DNA of 64,000 nucleotides, taken from IMG/VR virus record IMGVR_UViG_3300047557_002158, positions 4,045-68,044 of that record. One strand, 5' to 3'. Source of the DNA: a virus. Position numbers and translations under genes: made by a program. Below the pieces are notes generated by a model, which was given only the letters and a program-made list of their open reading frames with translations, did not search any database and was not told the origin of the DNA. Positions within the stretch are counted from its first letter, which is position 1. Each line of letters starts with the position of its first letter. Of the stretch, positions 19,328 to 28,814 are shown one piece after another.

Positions 19328-20164
19328 ATGAGCATTACTTTTAACACAGGCATCAATATACAAGGCGGAATAATCTTTGATTATGCGTCTGATATTGCGC
19401 CGCCAGCTGTGGGTCAAGTAGAATTTACAACAGCTAATACTTACACATGGACAGCTCCTTCTGGCGTTACTAGCGTTTGTGTTGTATGTGTTGGTGGCGG
19501 TGCTGGTGGCCGCTATGGAGCCGGCGGCGGTGGATTAGGTTGGAAGAATAATATTACAGTAGTTCCTGGACAAAATTATACAGTGGTTGTTGGAACAGGC
19601 GGTTCAGAAAATGTTGATGGTGGTAACAGTTATTTTATAAATGTTTCAACAGTAGCTGGATTAGGAGGGCAAAGACCTGCTGGCGGTGGTTATGTTGGTG
19701 ACGGCGGCGGTAACGGAGGACAAGGATATAATCCAGCACCAAGTTATGGTGGTGGCGGAGGTGGCGCCGGTGGTTATTCAGGCAATGGCGGTGATGGCGG
19801 CGCAACTTCAGGCGGTGGTTTTGGTGTCGGCGGCACTGGCGGCAACGGAGCCGGTGGCGGTGGCGGTGGTGGCGGAGGACCAGGAGGCGCAGGTAATACC
19901 TATGGTGCCGCCGGCGGCGGAGTCGGCATATATGGCCAAGGATCCAATGGCGCTGGTGGAACTGGTGTGAATTTAGGTTCTGGAACTCCTGGTCAAGGAG
20001 GTTCTGGTGGCACAGCAGGTTCAGGAACAACTGGCGGTTCTTATGGCGGTGGCGGCGGAACAGGTCGTTATAATGAATATGGTGGTCCTGGTGGCAGTGG
20101 AGCTGTTCGTATAATTTGGGGTCCCGGTAGAGCTTTTCCTTCTACTATGACAAGTAACATGTAA
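19328..20164 (+). CDS. Glycine-rich adhesin-like protein (variant, paralogue 5)
   Basis: YTWTAPSGVTSVCVVCVGGG...GAVRIIWG. Confidence 0.8.
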   Translation: MSITFNTGINIQGGIIFDYASDIAPPAVGQVEFTTANTYTWTAPSGVTSVCVVCVGGGAGGRYGAGGGGLGWKNNITVVPGQNYTVVVGTGGSENVDGGNSYFINVSTVAGLGGQRPAGGGYVGDGGGNGGQGYNPAPSYGGGGGGAGGYSGNGGDGGATSGGGFGVGGTGGNGAGGGGGGGGGPGGAGNTYGAAGGGVGIYGQGSNGAGGTGVNLGSGTPGQGGSGGTAGSGTTGGSYGGGGGTGRYNEYGGPGGSGAVRIIWGPGRAFPSTMTSNM

Positions 20165-20183
20165 AAAATAAATGGAGTTTTAA

Positions 20184-20549
20184 ATGGCACATTTTGCACA
20201 ATTAGATGAGAACAATATTGTTCAACAAGTGATTGTAGTTAACAATGAAGAATTGTTAGATGAAAACGGCGTTGAGCAGGAAGAAAGAGGTATTACTTTT
20301 TGTCAATCACTTTTAGGTGGCAATTGGAAGCAAACTAGTTACAATGGAAATATCAGAAAGAATTATGCAGGTGCAGGTTATACTTACGATGCACAAAGAG
20401 ATGCTTTCATTCCACCAAAACCTTTTAATTCTTGGTTGTTAAACGAAACAACTTGTTTGTGGGAAGCACCGGTGCCTCATCCAAATGATGGCAAAATGTA
20501 TATGTGGAATGAAGAAAATGTTGCATGGGAAGAAATTGTAGAGGAATAA
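20184..20549 (+). CDS. Conserved phage protein usually adjacent to Gly-rich fibre genes
   Basis: MAHFAQLDENN...WKQTSYN...RKNYAG.GYTYD..RDAFIPPKP. Confidence 0.75.
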   Translation: MAHFAQLDENNIVQQVIVVNNEELLDENGVEQEERGITFCQSLLGGNWKQTSYNGNIRKNYAGAGYTYDAQRDAFIPPKPFNSWLLNETTCLWEAPVPHPNDGKMYMWNEENVAWEEIVEE

Positions 20550-20550
20550 A

Positions 20551-21039
20551 ATGCCATTAACAGTAATTAGACCATCAAGCATATCTAATACGGAAACATT
20601 TACATTTAATTCGGTAAATATTTCTGGTAATTTGATTGTTTCTTCTACAGCGATTGATGCAAATTCCGTAACTTTAGCTCTTAGTCAATCAAACGCAGCA
20701 TACACACAAGCAAATACTGGTGTGTTTAATATGTTGCAATCAGGTGAATTAACAATAACAACAGGAACATCCAGATGGTGGGCACCCTTTAATTTACAAA
20801 TTACAAATATTAAATCCAGGTTAAGAACAGCTGCTGACGATATAGTTACAATAAACATCAATAAAAACAATTCTTTGGCCAAATCTTTTACTTTTTCCGC
20901 AAGTTCAAATACTACCACAATAACATCACCTTACTTTTCAATGAATGAAAATGACTATCTAACTGTTGATGTTACAACTATTGGAACTTCGGTGAAGGGA
21001 ACTGATTTGTACATACAGTTCTTTTATTCTAAAACATAA
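20551..21039 (+). CDS. Hypothetical virion protein
   Basis: N-terminus resembles that of 12116; beta-rich C-terminal domain. Confidence 0.65.
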   Translation: MPLTVIRPSSISNTETFTFNSVNISGNLIVSSTAIDANSVTLALSQSNAAYTQANTGVFNMLQSGELTITTGTSRWWAPFNLQITNIKSRLRTAADDIVTININKNNSLAKSFTFSASSNTTTITSPYFSMNENDYLTVDVTTIGTSVKGTDLYIQFFYSKT

Positions 21040-21060
21040 ATATTATTCTAGGAGATTAAA

Positions 21061-21270
21061 ATGGAAATGGAATTTACAATTAATGCAAATGAAAAAACCA
21101 CCAACTATAAAGTTGTTTTGGAAGGTAAAACCGCAAATTTTTTTGAAATTGATGAAGAACAAAACCAAATCTCAATTTGCAGTCAACCATGGAAACCAAA
21201 TCCTGATGGAACAACAAGCGACTGGTTAAGTGCAGAAGAAGCCGCCGAATGGTTTCAAAATAGATCCTAA
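21061..21270 (+). CDS. Hypothetical protein
   Basis: AGGAG RBS, late promoter CATAAATA at 21035. Confidence 0.7.
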   Translation: MEMEFTINANEKTTNYKVVLEGKTANFFEIDEEQNQISICSQPWKPNPDGTTSDWLSAEEAAEWFQNRS

Positions 21271-21281
21271 TAGGAGAAAAA

Positions 21282-23138
21282 ATGGCTAAAATTAAAAATG
21301 CTGGAAGACAAGATGTTATTTGCGTTCTGGAAAATCCAACACCCGGAGCAAATCTAATTTACATTGAAGGTGAAGGTTATAATTTAACTACTTTAGCACC
21401 AATTTTCAATGCTGATGCATATATGAGATTTGGTTATCCAGCATCTAATTATGAAGGATTTAATTGGTCTTTTCAAAAAGGGCTCAATGGCAGCGGCGAG
21501 CAGGCTAGATTAGGTTCAGATTCATGGTCATTGGCTTTAACAAAAGAATGTGCTGGATGTATACAAGATACTTATGGAGATACTAATAATCCCGTAACAA
21601 ATGTTAGTTTGTTACACATGCTTTCTTTAGATTCAAATGTAATTGCTGCACCTGTTCAGAGATTGACGAGCAATAACAACTTCTTAAATATTTGGACCGC
21701 ATCGACTAGCCAGCACAATTTCAGTTCACAAAAAGTTTGGTACAATGTTCCCGGACCCTCACATCTTTGGCCTGTGACAAATCAAGTCGAAAATTACCAG
21801 TTTTCGAATGGTTTTTCTCATCCCAAACTTGTTACAGTTAGAGAGGGTAATACAGATTGGGTTTCTTGTCTTCATATGAATCATACTCAATCCGGTGAAG
21901 GCCAAGGCCGCGGTGCGCTAGGTAGGAATAGCTTTTCGAATTGGTCTACATCAAATCAAACAAGAGGAACAAACGAAAGGCAATATTATACCATACAATA
22001 TATCGGACAATCAGGACAAAACGGAAGACCGATATATTTATACAATTACATGCTAAATGATTTTACACAAACTATCACAAGACATAATGTAAATGATAAC
22101 AATTTTACGGATTTGTATAATTTTACAACAACTCCTTCGGCCGGAGGAACATCAGCTGGTGGTTCTAGATTAGGAACATCCATAGCTTTAAATGCATCAA
22201 GAATGGCATCACACACCTTTACTGATCCGACAGTAGCTAACGGTGTATGCTTTTTTGTTCCTTACTTAGACACAAATTTAAATTATCATCCAATGGTAAT
22301 TCATTGGAATAGATCAAATGATGTCTTTACAAGAAGTACTAACACTTCAATAACTGGTGCAAATAGTAGTACAATGTGGACTTCTGCTAGAGCAGGCCAA
22401 GATGGTGCATCTCTTTCTGCTACTGTTTATTGGAATGAAACTTTTACTAATGGTGGAAACAGATACTTAACATTAATGCATTTATGTGGATATTATCTAG
22501 TTCACGATACGGCACCTTCAGCAAGAGTATTTTTAACATATCTTGTTGACCCAACAAATCCAAGAAATTTAACATATCACAGTTCTGTAACGATACCATC
22601 AACACCAAGGCAAGCAGTTTTCTTAAATGATGCTCGAACTCTACTTGGTGTAATTACAGCTAATATTTTATATATTTACTCTTGGAATAACACCAATGGA
22701 TGGGTATTGACTTCAACAATAAACGAACAAATTTTCAACTTGGGCAGAGATTCTACCGATAGAATATGGGCTACATCAGCTATAGGTGGATCAATAGGCG
22801 AAGGACGTTTTCAAGGATCACAGACAGGATTACAATATCATGGTGATATTCATGTCATAACACCATCTATTCCAGTTAGAATAACGATAACAACAGCGAA
22901 TTCAACATATGATTATGTTGGCACAACAATTAGCACAACAGCAAACGTAAGTGCTTATAATGTCACCAATCAAAGAATTGCAACACAGGTTAACTTGAAT
23001 ATTGAGGGCTCAACAATAACATTTACTGGAGGTGCAAATACCACAACAATAAATACTTCAACTACAGGTGAGACATCTGTGCCCATCAATATAGTTGGAT
23101 CTGGATTAAGCGATATTGTAGCTAACATTGTGATATAA
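21282..23138 (+). CDS. Hypothetical beta-rich virion protein
   Basis: 618-aa ORF, AGGAG RBS, Thr/Asn/Ser rich. Confidence 0.7.
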   Translation: MAKIKNAGRQDVICVLENPTPGANLIYIEGEGYNLTTLAPIFNADAYMRFGYPASNYEGFNWSFQKGLNGSGEQARLGSDSWSLALTKECAGCIQDTYGDTNNPVTNVSLLHMLSLDSNVIAAPVQRLTSNNNFLNIWTASTSQHNFSSQKVWYNVPGPSHLWPVTNQVENYQFSNGFSHPKLVTVREGNTDWVSCLHMNHTQSGEGQGRGALGRNSFSNWSTSNQTRGTNERQYYTIQYIGQSGQNGRPIYLYNYMLNDFTQTITRHNVNDNNFTDLYNFTTTPSAGGTSAGGSRLGTSIALNASRMASHTFTDPTVANGVCFFVPYLDTNLNYHPMVIHWNRSNDVFTRSTNTSITGANSSTMWTSARAGQDGASLSATVYWNETFTNGGNRYLTLMHLCGYYLVHDTAPSARVFLTYLVDPTNPRNLTYHSSVTIPSTPRQAVFLNDARTLLGVITANILYIYSWNNTNGWVLTSTINEQIFNLGRDSTDRIWATSAIGGSIGEGRFQGSQTGLQYHGDIHVITPSIPVRITITTANSTYDYVGTTISTTANVSAYNVTNQRIATQVNLNIEGSTITFTGGANTTTINTSTTGETSVPINIVGSGLSDIVANIVI

Positions 23139-23139
23139 A

Positions 23140-24273
23140 ATGGGAACACGAATTACTGTTGCTTCCTCTCAACAAAATAAGTTCAATTACTCTGAAAGAC
23201 TTGGGATTATCACAACCAATTCTTTCAGAGAGTTTAAAATACCCAACAATATACAATTAGATTTTGGAAGATACACATTAAGTAGCAATAATTTGTCTAT
23301 CGGTACAACAATAGTATTAGGTGGAAACTCAGTTGTTGCTAATGGAGGTTTTCTAGAAACATCATCCAATACTTCACTGACTTTACCTGGAGCATTTACA
23401 ATTGAAGTTTGGTCTAGAGTTTCATCTTCACAATTTCAGCAAACCATTTTTGAATTGGGAACATTCAATAATGGAATTTTATATCGAGTGGGAACAGGTG
23501 GTAATGGTGTTTATATAAACGGTAGTTCTCCCACTGTAACAGTTCCGCAAAATTTTGGATTATGGAATCATTTGGCCATTTGTAGAGATGCCAGCAATAA
23601 TCTTGCTATATTTTTCAATGGCAGCAGAGTTTCGATTGGTTCTTTTTCCGGATCAATTAATTCAGCTGGTGATCCAATAAGAATTGGTGGTTCTCGGCAC
23701 ACATCTGGACAATTTTTTTATGGAAACATTTCTCAATGCAGAATTGTAAAAGGATCAACAGTATACGATCCATTACAAAATATAATTACTGTACCAACAT
23801 CACCATTGACGGCTATTTCCAATACATCTGTTTTGTTGTGTCAAGCAGCTTCAACATTAACTGATTTAGGTCCAAACAACTTGACAATTACAACCGGTGG
23901 AACAGCACCAATAGTTTCAAGTGACGATCCATTTCAAAATTCATTAAGCTCGGTTGGTAGAATTGTTGGTTTTGCAAACGGATATTTTGAATCAACTTCA
24001 CACAATGCAAATACAATTTACACCAAATCAATAACAGAAAATGCTAGACTTTCAGTAAAAACAACAAGAACTGTATACACAAATGATTTGATACTAGATA
24101 AAAATATAGAGAGATTAACTGTTCAAACAAACATTGGAAGTGTGCCTTATAATTATAGACAATTAGTTATTAATTCTGGTAATTACAATACAATACAAAC
24201 CAGAAAAGCTGTGCCATCAAACATTACAATTGGTGGAGGTGGACCCTCAGGACCAAATCAGATTTGGTTCTAA
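23140..24273 (+). CDS. LamG-domain virion protein
   Basis: FTIEVW...WNHLAICR...GNISQCRIVKG. Confidence 0.8.
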   Translation: MGTRITVASSQQNKFNYSERLGIITTNSFREFKIPNNIQLDFGRYTLSSNNLSIGTTIVLGGNSVVANGGFLETSSNTSLTLPGAFTIEVWSRVSSSQFQQTIFELGTFNNGILYRVGTGGNGVYINGSSPTVTVPQNFGLWNHLAICRDASNNLAIFFNGSRVSIGSFSGSINSAGDPIRIGGSRHTSGQFFYGNISQCRIVKGSTVYDPLQNIITVPTSPLTAISNTSVLLCQAASTLTDLGPNNLTITTGGTAPIVSSDDPFQNSLSSVGRIVGFANGYFESTSHNANTIYTKSITENARLSVKTTRTVYTNDLILDKNIERLTVQTNIGSVPYNYRQLVINSGNYNTIQTRKAVPSNITIGGGGPSGPNQIWF

Positions 24274-24307
24274 AACTAAATAATCCAACATACTAAAAGA
24301 ATTTAAA

Positions 24308-25081
24308 ATGTCCACAATAACAACAAGAACAGCTTTCAAAGAATATTGCCTAAGAAGACTAGGTTTTCCAGTCATTGAAATCAATGTTGATGATGATCAA
24401 GTGGAAGATCGTATCGATGATGCTTTGCAATATTGGCAAGATTATCACTTTGATGGATTACAAAAAGTTTTTTACATCAAACAACTTGATCAAAACGACA
24501 TTAATAATCGATATCTTGATATATCTCAGGCAAGAGATTCTTCAAACAACGCACTAGAAATTACTGGTATAACCAGAATATTTCCTTTGTATGATTCTTC
24601 TGCTCAGGTCAATATGTTTGATTTGAGATATCAATTGCGTCTTAATGAATTGTATGATTTTACCTCGGCATCATACATAAATTATACATTGACTATGCAG
24701 CATTTGCGTTCTTTGGAATTATTGTTTACTGGTGAAGTACCAATTCGTTTTCAAAGACACATGCAAAGATTATACATTGATTGGGCATGGGGTAGTTCAC
24801 AGGCTCCAGTAGGCACAACTGTAATTGCCGAGTGTTATGCGGTTATTGATCCTACGGCCTATGGTAAAGTATGGGAAGATCGTTGGTTGAAACAATACGC
24901 AACAGCTTTAATCAAAAGATCATGGGGAAATAACTTGAAAAAGTTTTCAGACATACAATTACCTGGTGGCGTAAAGTTGAACGGCGACAAGATTTATATG
25001 GAAGCCGAAACAGAAATAAAGGCACTTGAAGAAGATATGGAAAAAAATTACGGCGGCGTTCTAGAATTTTTCATGAACTAA
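24308..25081 (+). CDS. gp13: Neck protein gp13
   Basis: YCLRRLGFPVIEINVDDDQVEDRIDDALQY; QLPGGVKLNG; synteny. Confidence 0.92.
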   Translation: MSTITTRTAFKEYCLRRLGFPVIEINVDDDQVEDRIDDALQYWQDYHFDGLQKVFYIKQLDQNDINNRYLDISQARDSSNNALEITGITRIFPLYDSSAQVNMFDLRYQLRLNELYDFTSASYINYTLTMQHLRSLELLFTGEVPIRFQRHMQRLYIDWAWGSSQAPVGTTVIAECYAVIDPTAYGKVWEDRWLKQYATALIKRSWGNNLKKFSDIQLPGGVKLNGDKIYMEAETEIKALEEDMEKNYGGVLEFFMN

Positions 25082-25082
25082 T

Positions 25083-25640
25083 ATGAAACACAAACATCAT
25101 ATAATTCCAAAACACATGGGGGGAACAGATGATCCTTCGAATTTAATTGAGCTCACTGTTGAAGAACATGCCGAAGCTCACCGTCTTCTATGGGAAAAAT
25201 ATGGTAATTGGCAAGATAATGTTGCTTGGAAAGCTTTAAGTGGACATATTGGTAAAGAAGATATTATTCACATGATTCATAAGAATATGAATAAAGGCAG
25301 AATACCTTCATTGGAAACCAGAGAAAAAATGGCGATTGCTAAAAGAGGAAAAAAAATATCCAAAGAACACGCAGAAGCCTTACATAATGGTAGAAAAAAT
25401 TCAAAAAATAGTGAAGAACATTTAAAAATATTATCAAATGTGAACAAAGGCAAAAAAATATCCGAAGAACAAATAAAAAAATCAATTGAAACAAGAAGAA
25501 AAAATAATGATACTTCTAAAATCTCAAGTATAGCCGGAAAAGCAAGCGCTGAAAAATATAAAAATGATCCTATCCGTCAACAAGCACACTCACAAAGAAT
25601 GAAAAAATGGTGGGATGAAAGAAGAAAGGTAGGAACCTAA
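25083..25640 (+). mobile_element. Free-standing HNH homing endonuclease with NUMOD3-like repeats
   Basis: HKHHIIPKHMGGTDDPSNLIELTVEEHAEAH; ETREKM..AKRGK repeats; inserted between gp13 and gp14. Confidence 0.88.
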
Positions 25641-25641
25641 A

Positions 25642-26526
25642 ATTGCGACCTCGGTGTATTTTAATAACTACAACTCCACCGCAGAACAAAGAGTTGTTGA
25701 GGATCTGATTGTTGAATCAATCAAGATCATGGGTACTGATGCATACTATCTGCCTAATGATAATGATCTGGCAAGAGACATTCTTTTTGGTGAAGATCCG
25801 GTTAAGAAATTCAAATCAGCATTTCCTGTTGAATTTTATTTGTCTACCGCACTTGAATATACTGGTGAAAGAGAATTCTTTTCAAAGTTTGGTCTGGAAA
25901 TAAAGAACAATGTAAATGTAATTATTTCCAAAAGATCGTTTTCACAAAGAGTTCCACAAAATATATTTACAAGACCACGCGAAGGGGATTTGATATATGT
26001 TCCTTTTCTAAACGGAACTGGAGAATTATATGAGATTAAGTTCGTTGATCAAACAAAAGACTTCTTTACTTTAGGAAGAAAAATACCATTTTTCTACGAA
26101 TTGCAATTGGAGAAATTCAAATACTCTCAAGAAATTATCGATACTGGTGTTGAAGATATTGATGATGCTGTAACACAATCAGCATACACAATCGATTTAA
26201 ATGTTGCGAACAATGGCACAGGACAATATGTTTCTAAAGAAATTGTGTTTCAATCTACAGATCAAACACAAAATAATGCAACAGCTATTGGTATTGTTCA
26301 AGAATGGAATAAAACAAACAATGTACTTTCAATTACCAATATCACAGGTGAGTTTGATGACAACGTTATAATTATTGGTGCTTCAAGTAATGCAAGATAC
26401 ACATTGACTACATATGATCCATTGAAGGATTCTTCCAGAAATTCAACATATGATAATCAATATATCGATAATCAAGCAAATAGTATTATTGATATTTCAG
26501 AAATTAATCCTTTTGGATCACTATAA
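25642..26526 (+). CDS. gp14: Neck protein gp14 (probable ATT start at 25642, alternative GTG at 25654)
   Basis: EQRVVEDLIVESIKIMG.D.YYLP; RPREGDLIY; EINPFG C-terminus. Confidence 0.9.
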   Translation: MATSVYFNNYNSTAEQRVVEDLIVESIKIMGTDAYYLPNDNDLARDILFGEDPVKKFKSAFPVEFYLSTALEYTGEREFFSKFGLEIKNNVNVIISKRSFSQRVPQNIFTRPREGDLIYVPFLNGTGELYEIKFVDQTKDFFTLGRKIPFFYELQLEKFKYSQEIIDTGVEDIDDAVTQSAYTIDLNVANNGTGQYVSKEIVFQSTDQTQNNATAIGIVQEWNKTNNVLSITNITGEFDDNVIIIGASSNARYTLTTYDPLKDSSRNSTYDNQYIDNQANSIIDISEINPFGSL

Positions 26527-27551
26527 TGTCAGTACCAGTATACAATCGGATCATCAGAAAACTAATTATCGGATTTGGTAATCTGTTCGATAATATAACT
26601 TTGGTTAGATACAATCCAGATAACACAGAGTCTGAGCGTGTCTTGGTGCCCATTGCATACGCACCAAAAGAAAGATATGTATTAAGATTAGAAGATGATT
26701 CTAATTTAGATAAAAAAGTTCAAATAGCATTGCCTAGAATGTCATTTGAAATGACTGCAATGGATTATGATACATCCAGAAAATTAAATACAAATACAAA
26801 GAACTTTGCACAAACGGCATCTGGATTATTATCGCAATATAATCCGGTACCATACAATTTTGATTTCAATCTATATCTTTACACCAGAAATATTGAAGAT
26901 GCACATCAAATAATTGAACATATTATACCATTCTTCACACCAGATTATACAATTAAATTGAATCTGATACCTGAGATGAATGCTATTCGTGAAATACCAA
27001 TCATACTAAACAAAGCCAGTCACGAAATAATTTATGAAGGTCCTAGAGAACAAGAAACCAGAATGATTATCTGGACTTTGAGTTTTACAGTCAAAGGTTT
27101 TATTTTTGGTAAACAATCTTCAGCTAATATAATTAAGCATTCAATAACTTCATTATACAATTTAAATTCTACAAATGATGTTATTTCATTTACATTGAAT
27201 CCAGCAACAGGTTCTGGTGTCTATGGTGTGGGAGATACAGTATATCAAGGATATTCGTTTGGAACGGCAACAGCAACCGCAACTGTTGTGGAGTGGATAA
27301 AATCATTAAATATTTTAAAACTCACCGATATTAAAGGTGACTTCACTTCTTCGACACCAATTATTTCATTGCAAACAAATGCAAGTTATAGCTATACCGC
27401 ATATAGTCCAGAACCATTCAAGTATGCACAAATTGATGTTGCTGCTGTAACGTTCGATAGTACTATATATACTATGGATAACACAACTGGTGATATTAGA
27501 ATGAGTTTAAACGCGAACAGTTATTCAACATTAGTAAGAGAGAACATCTAA
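26526..27551 (+). CDS. gp15: Tail sheath stabiliser/terminator gp15
   Basis: IRKLIIGFGNLF; VPIAYAPKE; LPRMSFE; PVPYNFDF. Confidence 0.92.
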   Translation: MSVPVYNRIIRKLIIGFGNLFDNITLVRYNPDNTESERVLVPIAYAPKERYVLRLEDDSNLDKKVQIALPRMSFEMTAMDYDTSRKLNTNTKNFAQTASGLLSQYNPVPYNFDFNLYLYTRNIEDAHQIIEHIIPFFTPDYTIKLNLIPEMNAIREIPIILNKASHEIIYEGPREQETRMIIWTLSFTVKGFIFGKQSSANIIKHSITSLYNLNSTNDVISFTLNPATGSGVYGVGDTVYQGYSFGTATATATVVEWIKSLNILKLTDIKGDFTSSTPIISLQTNASYSYTAYSPEPFKYAQIDVAAVTFDSTIYTMDNTTGDIRMSLNANSYSTLVRENI

Positions 27552-27552
27552 A

Positions 27553-28395
27553 ATGGCACAAGAAACAATCAATATTGGATCAACTCCTAATGATGGCACA
27601 GGTGACTCATTAAGAGTCGCTGGTCAAAAAATAAACAATAATTTTACACAATTATTTAATGTATCACCAACAAATGATACTTTAGCTAGAATGAGAGCTA
27701 ATGCTGCTTTTGATGCAGCCAATACAAAAGTTTCAAAAGCTGGTGACACAATAACAGGTGAAATATTTTTTATTAATAATGCCAACAATACAACACAAAA
27801 CACAAAAATAGGAAATATTTTTGATTCCACTGGCATAGATGTTTATGCTGAAGGACAAAATGAATTTGCTCAATTAAATTGGTCCAATTCAAATTTTATG
27901 ATTGTCGATAGTCAGGGTGTTACTGCTGTGACAGCAAATTCATCTACAGAATTAAAAGATCAACCTGATTTACTTGCGTATATAGTTAGAATAAACAACA
28001 ATAACTGGTCATTTAATAGTAATGGTGTAATTACCCTTTTTAATGCGTCTACGGGAAATTCAGCAATTTTTGCGCCTGGATATAGAAATACAATATTGAT
28101 AGATTCCACTCGTTATGATGCATCAAATACAGATGATATTATTTTTTGCGATCCTAATGCCGCCGGTGCAAACATTGTTGTTAATCTTTCTGCGAATGTT
28201 GGTATTGGTAAATCTTTTACTATAAAAAATATAAATCCTGGAGGACATAGTGTTAATGTAACTGGAACACAACGTCCGTTTCCTTACATAGAAGATCCTG
28301 CAACTGGTCAGTTTGAAACTAGAATTATTATATCAAACACAGGAGAAACACGCACTTGGGTATTTAATTCTGGAGTTTATAGATACATCGGTTAA
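27553..28395 (+). CDS. Fibre/baseplate protein with T4 gp9/gp10-like N-terminus
   Basis: INIGSTPNDGTGDSLR.AG.KINNNF. Confidence 0.75.
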   Translation: MAQETINIGSTPNDGTGDSLRVAGQKINNNFTQLFNVSPTNDTLARMRANAAFDAANTKVSKAGDTITGEIFFINNANNTTQNTKIGNIFDSTGIDVYAEGQNEFAQLNWSNSNFMIVDSQGVTAVTANSSTELKDQPDLLAYIVRINNNNWSFNSNGVITLFNASTGNSAIFAPGYRNTILIDSTRYDASNTDDIIFCDPNAAGANIVVNLSANVGIGKSFTIKNINPGGHSVNVTGTQRPFPYIEDPATGQFETRIIISNTGETRTWVFNSGVYRYIG

Positions 28396-28397
28396 AA

Positions 28398-28814
28398 ATG
28401 AATACATTTGATAAAAACATGGAAAAAATATTCGATGTTACACCCGTCGAGCAAAAAAAATTTGAATTGACAAAATCAAAAGAATCAAATGAAAATCTTG
28501 ATTTAAAACAAGATTTGAATGATGCTTATCAACAGTCAAAAGAAAATCTTCAAGACCTTATAGATCAAGGCAAAGAAGCAATGGATGAAATTCTTGAGAT
28601 TGCAAAAGCAGGTCAACATCCTAGAGCATTTGAGGTTTACGGAACTCTACTAAAAAATGTTGTAGAAGCAAACCGAGAACTACTGTCAATTCAAAAACAA
28701 ATGAGAGATATTGAGGGTAAGAAAAAAGAAGGCGATACAAAAATTGACAAAGCCATTTTTGTAGGATCCACGGCTGAATTGAACAAGTTACTCAAAGGTA
28801 ATGATGGAAGCTAA
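28398..28814 (+). CDS. gp16: Terminase small subunit gp16
   Basis: HPRAFEV; FVGSTAEL; directly before gp17. Confidence 0.9.
   Translation: MNTFDKNMEKIFDVTPVEQKKFELTKSKESNENLDLKQDLNDAYQQSKENLQDLIDQGKEAMDEILEIAKAGQHPRAFEVYGTLLKNVVEANRELLSIQKQMRDIEGKKKEGDTKIDKAIFVGSTAELNKLLKGNDGS

Noticed and set aside
4417-20030. Many short alternative-frame and minus-strand ORFs in the fibre island
   Set aside because: They are shadows of Gly/Ala/Thr-rich coding sequence with no RBS or recognisable motifs
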